From the IMG/VR virus record IMGVR_UViG_3300021185_002017: a stretch of DNA of 64,000 nt; one strand, given 5' to 3'. Below the pieces are notes generated by a model, which was not told where the DNA came from, made no database searches, and saw nothing but the letters and a program-made list of their open reading frames with translations. The position numbers were made by a program, and so were the translations under genes. Origin of the DNA: a virus (Duplodnaviria > Caudoviricetes). This document shows, piece by piece, positions 18,101 through 28,638 of the stretch. Within the stretch, counting starts at the first letter, position 1. Every line of letters starts with the position of its first letter.

Positions 18101-18871
18101 TCATAACCTGGTAGCCATGACCGGATTCCAGAATCCTAAAGTATCATCTAAAGACTTGCACTTTAGAAGTGCTTTATTATAGTACCTTGCATAACCTGTC
18201 ATTTTGTCATTACAAGTATAAAAACTTTCTAAGTATTTTAGATAATTCAGTGGAGTAGGATGGTAGTCTGCTGTTTGCCCTTTATCGCCCCAACCTGATA
18301 TCTCAAGTGGCTTCCATTCGCCGTTATATATTACTTCGTGAATACTAGGCTTAACTTTTTGTGTTGTAGTATGATAAAAGTCTAAAACATCTGGATTACC
18401 TTCGTTATATTCGGGCGAGTCTCTGCCTCCTGATGTATCTTCGAATTCGATCATTTTAAGCATATCAAAATCACAAGGCAAACTTTTTAGATATGCATGA
18501 GACTGTTCTATAATTGCTAAGTCTCTCATAAGATAAAATCTATTATCTGCCCAATCTTCAACAAACTCTTTTGGTTCAAATACACCTTCGGCATAAATGT
18601 TTCCTGGAGTTGACCAAAGACCGTTTTTATAACGATCTTCTCTGCATATACTAGTCCACATAACCATAATTAAATCGTTTGTGGTAAAGTTGTGCTTAAG
18701 ATTTGCTTCTACTATGCTATTAGATATGAATAGATTGCCGCCACCACTTTGTGCATAATTGTAATATTCTGGAGTTACATGTCCTATAATGTCGGCCCAT
18801 GTAGGCCAATTGTATCTTGTAAAACTGCAACCAAAAGCAAAAAATCTTTTGTATTGATCAAAAGGTCTCAA
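18101..18871 (-). CDS. SGNH-hydrolase-like hypothetical protein (paralogue 3)
   Basis: GCSFT...WPTWA...QSGGGN...DYHP; TTG start overlaps the nrdB stop. Confidence 0.55.
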   Translation of the reverse strand: MRPFDQYKRFFAFGCSFTRYNWPTWADIIGHVTPEYYNYAQSGGGNLFISNSIVEANLKHNFTTNDLIMVMWTSICREDRYKNGLWSTPGNIYAEGVFEPKEFVEDWADNRFYLMRDLAIIEQSHAYLKSLPCDFDMLKMIEFEDTSGGRDSPEYNEGNPDVLDFYHTTTQKVKPSIHEVIYNGEWKPLEISGWGDKGQTADYHPTPLNYLKYLESFYTCNDKMTGYARYYNKALLKCKSLDDTLGFWNPVMATRL

Positions 18872-19968
18872 AGGGTTAAACCTTTAAAGGTTTCCTCCGT
18901 AACATCTTGTTTTGTACCACCAATTACATACGAACTAATCTCTGTCTCTTGTGGTGCTACTTGTACATCACTACCGCCTATCCATTTTTGTGTCCACGGT
19001 AATGGGTGTGTTCCTGCTGTGTAAACTTTTTCTAAGCCGATGTTAGTCATTCGCTTAGCCGCAATGTATTCTACATACTGCTTTAATAGCTCTGCGTTTA
19101 GTCCAATAATACTTCCATCTTTGAACAAGTATTCAGCCCATGCTTTTTCTTGCTCAACTGCTTCGATAAACATTTGCTTTGATTCTTCTCTAGTTTCTTC
19201 TGCAATCTTTGCAAAGTCTTCATCTTCTTTAGGTAATAATTTCAACATGTGCTGTGTACTTGCTAAGTGAACATTTTCATCTCTAGCAATTAACTTAATA
19301 ATTTTAGCATTACCTTCCATCTTTTTAACTTCAGCAAATGCCCAACTACATGCAAACGATACATAAAAACGCACACCTTCTAGTATGTTTACGCTCATTA
19401 AACATTTCCATAGTTTCTTCTTATGCTCGTATAAACTATACTTTGCTGCACCTTTACGCATTAAGTCATTGTAGTCATATAGATCGTTGTAGCATTGTGT
19501 AATGCTGTCAGCACAGTCTACAATTTCTTCGATGCTTGTCATCTCATCAAAAACTTTGCTCGGGTCAGGATATACATTTCTGATGATATGTGTATAACTT
19601 CTGCTGTGAATAGTTTCACTAAATGCCCAAGTCTCTATCCAGGTTTCTAATTCTGGTAGACTAACAATAGGCAAGAACACTAAGTTAGGTGAACGCCCTT
19701 GAACACTGTCCAAGAGTATTTGTCTTTTTAAGTTTGATGTAAAGATATGTTGCTCGTGTGCTTCTAAGTCTTTGAAGTCTTTTGAGTCTTTGGCAATATC
19801 AACCTCTTCTGGCCTCCAGAAGAATCCCAATTGTTTGTCGGTAAGTTTTTCAAACTGACGATACTTAATTGTATCATACCGTTGCATACACACACCGCCA
19901 TTGGGGTCTAGGAACATTTTTGCTTCCATGTGATTATATTTTTTATTTGTATTTAAAACTGATTTCAT
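18868..19968 (-). CDS. nrdB: Ribonucleotide reductase class Ia beta subunit
   Basis: FWRPEE, LLDSVQ, ETIHSRSY (radical Tyr), LEGVRFY, RDENVH; ATGA overlap with nrdA. Confidence 0.97.
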   Translation of the reverse strand: MKSVLNTNKKYNHMEAKMFLDPNGGVCMQRYDTIKYRQFEKLTDKQLGFFWRPEEVDIAKDSKDFKDLEAHEQHIFTSNLKRQILLDSVQGRSPNLVFLPIVSLPELETWIETWAFSETIHSRSYTHIIRNVYPDPSKVFDEMTSIEEIVDCADSITQCYNDLYDYNDLMRKGAAKYSLYEHKKKLWKCLMSVNILEGVRFYVSFACSWAFAEVKKMEGNAKIIKLIARDENVHLASTQHMLKLLPKEDEDFAKIAEETREESKQMFIEAVEQEKAWAEYLFKDGSIIGLNAELLKQYVEYIAAKRMTNIGLEKVYTAGTHPLPWTQKWIGGSDVQVAPQETEISSYVIGGTKQDVTEETFKGLTL

Positions 19969-22247
19969 ATTTTGCACGATTCGCAATCATCCTCTTCTAC
20001 TTCGGTAATTTCTAATGCTTCTAGTTTTTGTTCTGTATCTAACTCACCTTGTCCGTCGTTAGTATTATTATAGTACAATTGCTTACCGCCGTATTTGTAA
20101 AATGTAATTATATCTTTAATGAGAACGCTCATTGGCACTTTCTCATCTTCGTAGTGTTCTGGATTGTAAGATGTATTTACCGAAATACCTTGATCTATGT
20201 ATTTTTGTAATACAGCCATAATCTTTAAGTAACCTTCGGGCGACTTTTGATCCCACAATAAGTCATACTTATTTTTAAGTCTTGGGTAACCCGGCACTAC
20301 TTGTTTCAATACACCGTGCTTACTTTGTTTAACACTGATGTAACTGCGTGGTGGTTCAATACCATTTGTGCTGTTACTAATCTGTGCTGATGTTTCTGCT
20401 GGCATAAGTGCCATCAGTGTTGAATTACGGATACCAGTCTCTGCTAACTGCTTACGCAATCCTTTCCAATCTTGTCTTTCTTGATGCTTAACTAGCTCGT
20501 CAACTTCTTTCTTGTATGTTTGGTTAGGTGTTAATCCTCTACCGTACTTAGTTTCTACTGTTCCTGGGCACTCGCCTTTCTCAACTGCTAAATCTGCACT
20601 TGCCTTAATTAAGAAATAACTCCATGCTTCGGCCCATTCGTCAATTAACTCTAAGTTAGGATCTTGATATGTTGAGTCATTCTTTGCTAACCAATATGCA
20701 AAGTTAATAATACCAATACCTAACGGTCTGCGTTTCATTGTGCTTAACTGTGCTGCAAGTACTGGGTAACTTTGGTAGTCTAAGAGTGCGTCTAAGCCTC
20801 TTACAGCAAGGTTACATACTCGTTGCATCTGTTTGAAGTCTTTAATAACACCCCAATTGATAGCACTTAAAGTACATAAACTAATTTCACCTTCTGCATC
20901 ATCAACACTTGTTAATGGCTTAGTTGGTAAGTTAATCTCACAGCATAAATTACTTTGCTTAACAGGTGCTACATCCTCTACAAATGCTCCATGTGTGTTA
21001 GCATGATCAACATTCATTAAATATATTCTACCTGTGTCTTTGCGTTCTGTTGCAAACGCAGAAAATAAATCCATTGCCTTAACAGATCTCTTTTTAATAC
21101 GAGTGTTTCTTTCTGCTGTTTCGTATAGTTCTTTAAACTTATCTTGATCAGCAAAGAAAGCATCGTATAAGCCAGGTACATCATGCGGTGAGAACAATGT
21201 AATGTCTCCACCTGTTAATAACCTTTCATACATTAACTTGTTAAACTGCACACCGTAGTCCATGTGTCTTACACGATTTTCTTCTGTGCCTTTGTTGTTC
21301 TTGAGTACAAGCATGTCTTCAATTTCTGTGTGCCAAATAGGATAGTATAGTGTGGCTGCTCCACCTCTTACACCGCCCTGTGAACATGACTTAACTGCTG
21401 ATTGAAAAAGTTTATAGAAGGGGATAACTCCTGTATGAGTTGCATCTCCACTCCTAATAGGTGAACCAATAGCTCTAATAGCACCAGCACCAATACCAAT
21501 ACCTGCTTTCTGACTTACATACTTAACTACAGCACTTGTAGTTGCATTAATGCTGTCTAAACTGTCATCAGTTTCAATAAGCACACAACTACTAAACTGT
21601 CTTTGTGGTGTACGCACACCTGCCATAACTGGTGTAGGCAAACTTATTTCAAATGTACTAATTGCATCGTAGTATGCTTTAACATATTCAAGTCTTGTTT
21701 CTTTGTCGTACTTACTAAACAATGTCATAGCAATAAGCATATAACACACTTGTGGTGTTTCAAATATCTCACCTGTTGCTCTGTTCTGCACAAGATACTT
21801 GCCACGGAATTGTTCCATAGCCGCATAAGTTAAATACTCATCTCTACTGTGATTGATGTAGTTGCTTAGTGTATCAACTTCATCCTTTGTGTATGCGATT
21901 AAAATTTCTCTATCGTAAAACCCTTGCTTGATATTTTTGTCTATGATATCACATAAACACGGTGGCTGAAACTCACCATACACTGCTTTACGCAAATGAT
22001 AGTTGATTAGCCTTCCTGCTACATATTGATAATTTGGTGATTCTTCGCTAATTAAATCAGCGGCACTTTTGATAAGTGTCTCTTGTATATCAGTACTTGT
22101 AATTCCGTTGTACAATTGTATCTGACTGTTGATCTCTACTTCACTTGGTGCAACACCAGTAATGCCATCGCAGGCATATTGTACTACCTTGTGCAACTTG
22201 TCTATGTTGATGTCTTCGAGTTGCCCAGATCGTTTTTGTACTTGCAT
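19965..22247 (-). CDS. nrdA: Ribonucleotide reductase class Ia alpha subunit
   Basis: ATP-cone, FSSCVL, SNLCCEI, KQLYY, C-terminal CESC. Confidence 0.97.
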   Translation of the reverse strand: MQVQKRSGQLEDINIDKLHKVVQYACDGITGVAPSEVEINSQIQLYNGITSTDIQETLIKSAADLISEESPNYQYVAGRLINYHLRKAVYGEFQPPCLCDIIDKNIKQGFYDREILIAYTKDEVDTLSNYINHSRDEYLTYAAMEQFRGKYLVQNRATGEIFETPQVCYMLIAMTLFSKYDKETRLEYVKAYYDAISTFEISLPTPVMAGVRTPQRQFSSCVLIETDDSLDSINATTSAVVKYVSQKAGIGIGAGAIRAIGSPIRSGDATHTGVIPFYKLFQSAVKSCSQGGVRGGAATLYYPIWHTEIEDMLVLKNNKGTEENRVRHMDYGVQFNKLMYERLLTGGDITLFSPHDVPGLYDAFFADQDKFKELYETAERNTRIKKRSVKAMDLFSAFATERKDTGRIYLMNVDHANTHGAFVEDVAPVKQSNLCCEINLPTKPLTSVDDAEGEISLCTLSAINWGVIKDFKQMQRVCNLAVRGLDALLDYQSYPVLAAQLSTMKRRPLGIGIINFAYWLAKNDSTYQDPNLELIDEWAEAWSYFLIKASADLAVEKGECPGTVETKYGRGLTPNQTYKKEVDELVKHQERQDWKGLRKQLAETGIRNSTLMALMPAETSAQISNSTNGIEPPRSYISVKQSKHGVLKQVVPGYPRLKNKYDLLWDQKSPEGYLKIMAVLQKYIDQGISVNTSYNPEHYEDEKVPMSVLIKDIITFYKYGGKQLYYNNTNDGQGELDTEQKLEALEITEVEEDDCESCKI

Positions 22248-22309
22248 GTGTTTATCCGTTGTCTGTTTGTTTCTAATTAAGTTTTTAGTGTATTATTTAC
22301 CAGAAGCAA

Positions 22310-22338
22310 ATTGTACAATAAAACGGTGTAAATGTCAA
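22310..22338 (-). promoter_or_regulatory. Sigma70-type promoter of nrdAB
   Basis: TTGACA-17-TACAAT, plus a GGTAAATA late box just downstream. Confidence 0.65.
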
Positions 22339-22766
22339 GAAAAAAGTGCGGATGTTTTAATTTTATGGGAATTAAATCTAGTACTGTTATCTATAACTTC
22401 CTGCATACTTACAGTCTGTCCTGGGAGAAAATTATATGCTAAATTGTTGTGTATTAATACCAACCCTTCATTTCCGTTTATATGATTACTTATCACTTCA
22501 AAGTACAATTCTTCATCGGAAATGAATCCTTTATTGTGTAATGTAGCCGCTAATATTAAAGTGATTCCAGACTGGCAAAAGTATCCTTCAGATACTATTT
22601 CAAACACATTGGGCCAGTCACGAGGAGTGTAATAGTCTATATATCTAGGTATAGGTTTGATAGGCGCAAACGCTTCTAGCAAAGGTTCTACTGTTTTGTA
22701 TTCTTGCTGTCTTACTGTACGCCATGCATTCAAACGCTCTGATGACGTTTGGTGTTTGTTGAACAT
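22335..22766 (-). CDS. Hypothetical protein
   Basis: 143-aa ORF abutting its neighbours. Confidence 0.7.
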   Translation of the reverse strand: MFNKHQTSSERLNAWRTVRQQEYKTVEPLLEAFAPIKPIPRYIDYYTPRDWPNVFEIVSEGYFCQSGITLILAATLHNKGFISDEELYFEVISNHINGNEGLVLIHNNLAYNFLPGQTVSMQEVIDNSTRFNSHKIKTSALFS

Positions 22767-22780
22767 AAATTAAACTTGTA

Positions 22781-25306
22781 TTAGTCTGGCCATCTTCGTG
22801 CAATATATCTAACTTGCACCGAACAGGCAGGACTTAATGTGTTATTAGTTTTTATAAATCCAGTTGTACCTGTTACACCACCAACAAAGTCTACATTACC
22901 TGTTAGTGTACCTGAACGAGCATCTGTATAGTTATCTGTTAATACAACATCGTTAATTGTTGTATCACCGGAATACATTAGTGTACCTACACGACGATAA
23001 TTGCCTGAACTAGTTGTGGCATGCATAGCATATTCTACAAATACAGTATTTAATTGTCCTTCACCTGGTGACATTGAAATGTCTAATTCGTTAACAGGAT
23101 TGTTTGTTCCTGTTGGCAATGTTAATTGCTCTGGTGTAGGGAAATCTGTTGTTGCTTGTCCTGCCGCTAGTGCCTCTGCTGTTAAGAACTCAATGTTTGT
23201 TTTGATATTCATTAATCCTCTTATATCAGGATTAGTTGATTCAAAGTATAAGTTGTTTAATATTTTTGCAAAGTCTCGAGCCTCTGTTCTTTCCTCAAAA
23301 TTCATCTCACCAATTGAACTGTTTAAGTTCAATGGCCAATCAGTAAACACAGGATTACCGCCTGTTGCTGTGGAGTTAAATTCTGCATTTATATATACAT
23401 CTTTAAATATATTAACAGTAGGATCATTTAATGTTTCGTTTAACCAATCTTCAAGTTTTGCTTTAACAGTTGCAGTTGGTCTATCGTATTCGTCGGCTCT
23501 AAGTCCTAATGCTGTTACTGTACTTGATGTATCTTCGTGTAACGCAAAAGTAAATGGTGTTTTTTGTACTGCTTCAGCATGTGTTATGTACATCTTGTCA
23601 GCTGCGCCAGGTATACTATTGATTCTGGGCCATAAGTTTGCACCATTAACAAGTGTTTGTACATCAGCGGGGGTTGATGCTGAGGCTAAGTTCATTGAAA
23701 CAACCGGTGTTGCTTCAACTGTAGCACTAGATATAACTGGAGTAAATGTTAAGTTTGTTACATTACCAGTTATGTTTGAACCAGTGTTTAAAATAAATGT
23801 GTTATCAGTAACAGCGGCAACTGTTTTAGTACCTGTTGGATTTGCTGCTTCATTGTTTGTTAATGTTACAGAACCGCCAACTGGATTACCGTGTCTTTCA
23901 CTGCTTACAACAACATTAGAAGCATCTTTATTCTTGTATGTTATATAGACTAAGTTAGCAGGGTCTGTGGCCATTGCAGAGTTAAATGCTATATCCAAAC
24001 TGATAGTTTTACTTACTGTACTAACCGCACCTGCTCCAATTGCTGTGTCAACATTTACTACAGTACCATCTAAGCCTGATACATTAGTACCACTTAAATC
24101 TATAAATTTAACACTATCAACAATTTGTGTATTCTCAACATTCTCAACTGTTATTCTTAACTTACTTCCAACACCAGCATCAGCGCCTGTTACTTGTCTT
24201 GTTAAACTTGCTGCATTACTTGGTATTGTAGCAGTAACTTCACCTGACGATAAATCGTAGTCTGAAATAGATAGTACCTTACCATCTGCTAGCCAATCAG
24301 TGCCACCTTTAATATATGTATGGTTATAAACTCCATTAGGATCATAATCCTCATTAGAATCTAATGAATAACTTCCAGCAAGTATGTTTGCTGATAAAGT
24401 AATATCAGATGCTGTTGCAACTGCTGTAACATTTTCTCTTACAGTGTCGTTCTTTGTTAAAAGTAATGTACCTAATGTCTGCGAAAAGTCTGCTGAGTTA
24501 GGTGCATACTTTACATCTGTTGCTACTTGTATGTGCTTAAATTGCATACCAATAAAGCCAATACCAATACCTTCTGCAACTCTAATATTATTGTTGTCTA
24601 ATTCTCTGTAAGATGTAATACCTTTTGAAGCATAAAAACCAGGCTGACTTGTTAAACCAATGTTAGCACTAGTTACTGCATTAATTACTGCGGCATTACT
24701 GTAATAAGAGATTGAAACTGCATCTGCTCCTGACGGAGGCGATCTAAATGTAAGTGTATGAGAGTGAGTAGAAACACTTTGACCTGTAGCAGATTGTTCA
24801 AAGAAGTAATCTTCTCCTGAACTAATTGATGCTACCTTAGATGGTACAGTAACAGTACCATTTTTAACTACTTGTAAATCAGTAGGAACAAAGGCTGAAC
24901 CTGTTATGTTGTTTACAAAACTTGCACCGGCATTAATATTACCAAATACTTTTCCTTCTCTACCAACTGTTGTGCCACTTGACGCAACTACTGTTGCCGG
25001 AGTCCAACTAACAACATTTGCAACACCGTCGAATTCACCTTTATCATAAATTTTATGAGGCACTGTAAATTTAACCATTTGTATATTAGCAAGACTTGCT
25101 GTTATACTTTGGGCACTTGCTGTTTTTTCAAATATACCTGTTTTATTGTATATATCTGAAACTGGATCTGTTGTGTCGGCGCCAATGTACAACTGTCTAC
25201 TATCTGTTGCGAATCCAAGTTCTCCTGGACGCAACGGCTTAGGGAGGTCTTGTTTCTGACCTCTGCGTTGTTGCATTCGTACGATTTTTGTTGTTTCTTC
25301 TGCCAC
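22781..25306 (-). CDS. Virion structural protein (tail fibre/baseplate type)
   Basis: N-terminal QQRRG...LRPGELGFATDSRQLYIG; Thr/Ser/Gly/Asn-rich; late box GATAAATA at 25338-25345. Confidence 0.7.
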   Translation of the reverse strand: MAEETTKIVRMQQRRGQKQDLPKPLRPGELGFATDSRQLYIGADTTDPVSDIYNKTGIFEKTASAQSITASLANIQMVKFTVPHKIYDKGEFDGVANVVSWTPATVVASSGTTVGREGKVFGNINAGASFVNNITGSAFVPTDLQVVKNGTVTVPSKVASISSGEDYFFEQSATGQSVSTHSHTLTFRSPPSGADAVSISYYSNAAVINAVTSANIGLTSQPGFYASKGITSYRELDNNNIRVAEGIGIGFIGMQFKHIQVATDVKYAPNSADFSQTLGTLLLTKNDTVRENVTAVATASDITLSANILAGSYSLDSNEDYDPNGVYNHTYIKGGTDWLADGKVLSISDYDLSSGEVTATIPSNAASLTRQVTGADAGVGSKLRITVENVENTQIVDSVKFIDLSGTNVSGLDGTVVNVDTAIGAGAVSTVSKTISLDIAFNSAMATDPANLVYITYKNKDASNVVVSSERHGNPVGGSVTLTNNEAANPTGTKTVAAVTDNTFILNTGSNITGNVTNLTFTPVISSATVEATPVVSMNLASASTPADVQTLVNGANLWPRINSIPGAADKMYITHAEAVQKTPFTFALHEDTSSTVTALGLRADEYDRPTATVKAKLEDWLNETLNDPTVNIFKDVYINAEFNSTATGGNPVFTDWPLNLNSSIGEMNFEERTEARDFAKILNNLYFESTNPDIRGLMNIKTNIEFLTAEALAAGQATTDFPTPEQLTLPTGTNNPVNELDISMSPGEGQLNTVFVEYAMHATTSSGNYRRVGTLMYSGDTTINDVVLTDNYTDARSGTLTGNVDFVGGVTGTTGFIKTNNTLSPACSVQVRYIARRWPD

Positions 25307-25377
25307 TGTTAAGCCTCTCTAATTACTTACTTAACAGTATTTATCACTTTGAGTGACTAAACTTTATTATAATAGTC

Positions 25378-25836
25378 TTACCATACAAGCACCAACACAT
25401 GCCTATATCCTTTAGTAAGTTTTGTTACACCGTGCAATCTACCTTTGGGATGAAAAATATGGTCGCCTGATTTCATGTCAACAATTTCAAACTTATCTGT
25501 TTTTATACAAGTTTCTCCACCTTGTAAGTCGCTAGATGAATCTAATAAAATAATACTGGTTCCATAAGTACAGTCATCGTAGTGCATGTCGGCTTTTGCA
25601 CCAGCATTATATTTTAATAGTTTTATAACTGGCTGATGATCATCAGGTATATCCTCTGCAGGCTTTGTCACCAGTGATAGTATTTTGCTGTATAATGAAT
25701 CTGTTTTGTCTATGTAGCATTTTAGAACATCAGTAAGATATTCTCTACTTATGGGGCCGGTTTTTTCACCTTTTGCACCTGCGTAGAAATCGCCGGATTC
25801 AATTAAAGGTGTACATAATGTTAATAGTTTGTTCAT
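25378..25836 (-). CDS. 2OG-Fe(II) oxygenase
   Basis: KY...HYD...QGGET...HGVTKLTKGYR..LV; ATGA overlap with upstream gene. Confidence 0.8.
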   Translation of the reverse strand: MNKLLTLCTPLIESGDFYAGAKGEKTGPISREYLTDVLKCYIDKTDSLYSKILSLVTKPAEDIPDDHQPVIKLLKYNAGAKADMHYDDCTYGTSIILLDSSSDLQGGETCIKTDKFEIVDMKSGDHIFHPKGRLHGVTKLTKGYRHVLVLVW

Positions 25837-26507
25837 TGCAATGAGTAATAGTCTGCTAATCTCATTGCCCATTTATTGCAGTATTCTTCGAATTCGTCAC
25901 CATTAATAACAAAGTCAGCGTATTTGCCTTCTCTGTCGATCATTAAAATAGCAACTTGTTTGATGTTTGTACCAAACATTTCATTGTGTGCTAGTGCGTA
26001 TGCACAGCCTTGCATGAAGTAATCTTCAATCCATTCACGCTTTTTAATCTTTTTAGCAGTCTTGAAGTCTATAATACTTTCAACACCGTTAAACATGCCC
26101 ACAGCATCGCTTGTACCTGCGTATAAGCCTTGAGCTATTAGTGCTACTTCAACACCCCATATCTCATCTACTTGGCTTAAACCTTTGTCGATCATTTCAT
26201 CAACCATGTTTTTAGCCATAATACTTATGTGGTTATTACCTTTGATTTCGTACTCTTCAAGTAATACATATTTTTCTAAAGCATTATGTACTTTGGTACC
26301 TAAGCCTGCACTTTCTTGACTAATTCTGTTTGCTTCAGCATCGCCTACTCGCTTACGCCAGTTAATAAGTGCTGTCTTATCACCAGTATCAGAAAGTACT
26401 GTTGTGACACTTGGCACTGGTTGATTATCATCACCTGTGTATTGGCGTTGTCCGTTTTTTGCTGTTACCCTTTTGAGAGTCGGGTAAGTGAATTTTTCTA
26501 CAAGCAT
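25833..26507 (-). CDS. PD-(D/E)XK exonuclease
   Basis: PSVTTVL, GT.VH, YAGTSD, IIDFKT, Q..AYALA. Confidence 0.85.
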   Translation of the reverse strand: MLVEKFTYPTLKRVTAKNGQRQYTGDDNQPVPSVTTVLSDTGDKTALINWRKRVGDAEANRISQESAGLGTKVHNALEKYVLLEEYEIKGNNHISIMAKNMVDEMIDKGLSQVDEIWGVEVALIAQGLYAGTSDAVGMFNGVESIIDFKTAKKIKKREWIEDYFMQGCAYALAHNEMFGTNIKQVAILMIDREGKYADFVINGDEFEEYCNKWAMRLADYYSLQ

Positions 26508-26534
26508 TAAGTATACCTTTATTAGTTAAGATGT

Positions 26535-26563
26535 ATTATAACATGTGATGGATGTTGTGTCAA
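26535..26563 (-). promoter_or_regulatory. Sigma70-type promoter
   Basis: TTGACA-17-TATAAT. Confidence 0.8.
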
Positions 26564-26564
26564 T

Positions 26565-26589
26565 AAAAAAGGCACTTAAAAATGCCTTT
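26565..26589 (-). terminator. Intrinsic terminator ending the late block
   Basis: AAAGGCA...TGCCTTT plus T run. Confidence 0.7.
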
Positions 26590-26610
26590 CTTTTCAATAA
26601 CTTATAGGTA

Positions 26611-26928
26611 TTACCAACTAATATTCCACTGTAATGCTGTTGCATCGTTTGGATTTGTAATAATACTAACACCGTATCCTAACTTAGTGAAGTAGTTTTT
26701 TACATAGTTAAGTTGATCTAATTTAGTTGGATCTGTTGTAATGTTGTTCCATACATAGTAGTACACATTACTGTTAGTCATTGTAGAATTGTTTACATTT
26801 GCATATAGTATGCCAGCATCAACATTAGCATATACTGCGTTCTCAATAGCAGTTACTTCGTTGTGAATTACAGTATTGTTTCTAGTACTGCTTCGTGCTG
26901 TTTTAGCATTTATAAATATGCCTGGCAT
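26611..26928 (-). CDS. Hypothetical (probably virion) protein
   Basis: 105-aa ORF at the end of the late operon. Confidence 0.7.
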   Translation of the reverse strand: MPGIFINAKTARSSTRNNTVIHNEVTAIENAVYANVDAGILYANVNNSTMTNSNVYYYVWNNITTDPTKLDQLNYVKNYFTKLGYGVSIITNPNDATALQWNISW

Positions 26929-26930
26929 TG

Positions 26931-27269
26931 CTATGCTATCTCCGTGTTCATTGCAGTACTTGCTGCACCTTGAGCTAAGTCAGATACTGTGTCTGCTGCT
27001 TCTTCCCCGTCATCTGTGCTTACTTCGTCGGGTAATTGATTCTTAGTTTTAATGACTTCTCTGTTTACACTACTAGCATGTCCGCTCTTATCAATTGCTG
27101 CAATAAGTTCGTCTGTTGTAGTAACATATCCTTGCTTGGCTAGAAGTGCTCTAAATTGTTCAGTAGGAATATCCGTCTCACCTTTTGCTCCTACTTTTGT
27201 AAGTAGATCTTGAACAGTAAGAATTAAATCGGAAAAATATCCCTCTGATATCACTTCTCTAATTAGCAT
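26931..27269 (-). CDS. Hypothetical protein with capsid-targeting-like leader
   Basis: Starts MLIREVISE. Confidence 0.7.
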   Translation of the reverse strand: MLIREVISEGYFSDLILTVQDLLTKVGAKGETDIPTEQFRALLAKQGYVTTTDELIAAIDKSGHASSVNREVIKTKNQLPDEVSTDDGEEAADTVSDLAQGAASTAMNTEIA

Positions 27270-27270
27270 G

Positions 27271-28578
27271 TTAAACCTCTACAGGTGTTCTGCCTAATGG
27301 TTCTTCTTCTGGGCCTGCCGCTGCTGGTTCGTTAACATCCATTGCTGGCTCTTCTAATCCTACTTCAGGTTCTGCAGGTGCGCCTAAGTCAGCAGTGTCA
27401 CCTAAACCCATATCGTCAGTGTTTACAATTGTGCCTGCGCCGATTAAACCTGCTATAGCATTATCAATGCCATCTTTAGCAAGTTTTGAATTTTCTAAGT
27501 ATCCGCTTAGTAAACCATTAACACTGTCTGCAAAAGTAGCTGCTGCTTGAGCACCCATTTCGCCACGCATTTGATCTGCAATTGCAGGAAGACTTTCATT
27601 CATCATACGACCAATTTCTTCTACATGTCCTTGTATGTCGTCTGCTAATGCTCTTACTGCCATTACAACTTCTGCTTCTTCGATACTTGTACCTTCAACT
27701 TCTTCGTTTAGCATGTCGTCTATAATACTATCAAACATTGTGCTTTCGTTTTTCTTTTCGTCTTCAGTGTCGCCTGTTACTTCGTACTCTTCGCCGTCTA
27801 CTGTAAATTTCTTTTCGCCTTTAGCAATAGCGTCTTTTCTTGCGCCTGTGAATTTGTTTTGCTCTGCTACTTTAGCACCAAACATTTTAATACCGTTTGC
27901 AACTGCATCTTCATCTAAACCGTTTAAGAAACCAACAACTGCGTCTCTACTTTTTTCTGTTACTTTAGCAAAAGATTCTAACTTCTCTTCAATTGCTTCT
28001 AGGCTTTCTGTACCTGTTAATTCAACACCACACTCTTTAGCAAGTTCTCTAAGCAATGAATCGTTAAGGTCTGTTTCTGGGATATACTCGCCTTCTTCTT
28101 CAATACTTTCGTGATTCATACCACATGATTCCAAGTAGTTTTTTGCTGCTGAAAGGATAATTGGCATAACATGTTCATCATCGTATGCAAAACGAGAGTC
28201 CATTCTGTACTGATTCATGCATTCGCCACAAGCCTCGTCTACAGTGTAGCCGCTGTCCATTAAACTACAAACACTAGCATTAATCATTTCTTTCATCTCA
28301 CCATGTGCTGGTGATTCTGCGTACATGCCTTCGCTAATCATAGTTGTAAGAACATCTTTGATGCCTAAAAACTTTGCGTAATCAGGATCTTGTTGAAACT
28401 TAGTTTTACCGCTTTTGATTAAAGCAATACTTTTGTTAGCAGTTTCTAGTAAACTGTCTAATTTTGCTTTCTTAGGAAATCCGGAGGTCTTCAATGACAC
28501 ACCAAATTCTTCCTTTAGCATTTTGTTAACTTTGGCAATCTTCTTTGCCCCGTTTTGGTTGAATTCTTTTAAAAACAT
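27271..28578 (-). CDS. Acidic putative head-core/scaffold-like protein
   Basis: Starts MFLKEF; many xxE sites; late box at 28616-28623. Confidence 0.6.
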   Translation of the reverse strand: MFLKEFNQNGAKKIAKVNKMLKEEFGVSLKTSGFPKKAKLDSLLETANKSIALIKSGKTKFQQDPDYAKFLGIKDVLTTMISEGMYAESPAHGEMKEMINASVCSLMDSGYTVDEACGECMNQYRMDSRFAYDDEHVMPIILSAAKNYLESCGMNHESIEEEGEYIPETDLNDSLLRELAKECGVELTGTESLEAIEEKLESFAKVTEKSRDAVVGFLNGLDEDAVANGIKMFGAKVAEQNKFTGARKDAIAKGEKKFTVDGEEYEVTGDTEDEKKNESTMFDSIIDDMLNEEVEGTSIEEAEVVMAVRALADDIQGHVEEIGRMMNESLPAIADQMRGEMGAQAAATFADSVNGLLSGYLENSKLAKDGIDNAIAGLIGAGTIVNTDDMGLGDTADLGAPAEPEVGLEEPAMDVNEPAAAGPEEEPLGRTPVEV

Positions 28579-28638
28579 TTTTATTAATCCCAGGTATTAA
28601 ATTCTCTATTACTGTTATTTATCATCTTTGTGAACATT

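Noticed and set aside
23001-23948. Long plus-strand ORFs (also 42100-43095, 46680-47279, 60245-60865, 27635-28114, 32368-32883)
   Set aside because: Antisense shadows of well-supported minus-strand genes; no motifs, SD or promoter.
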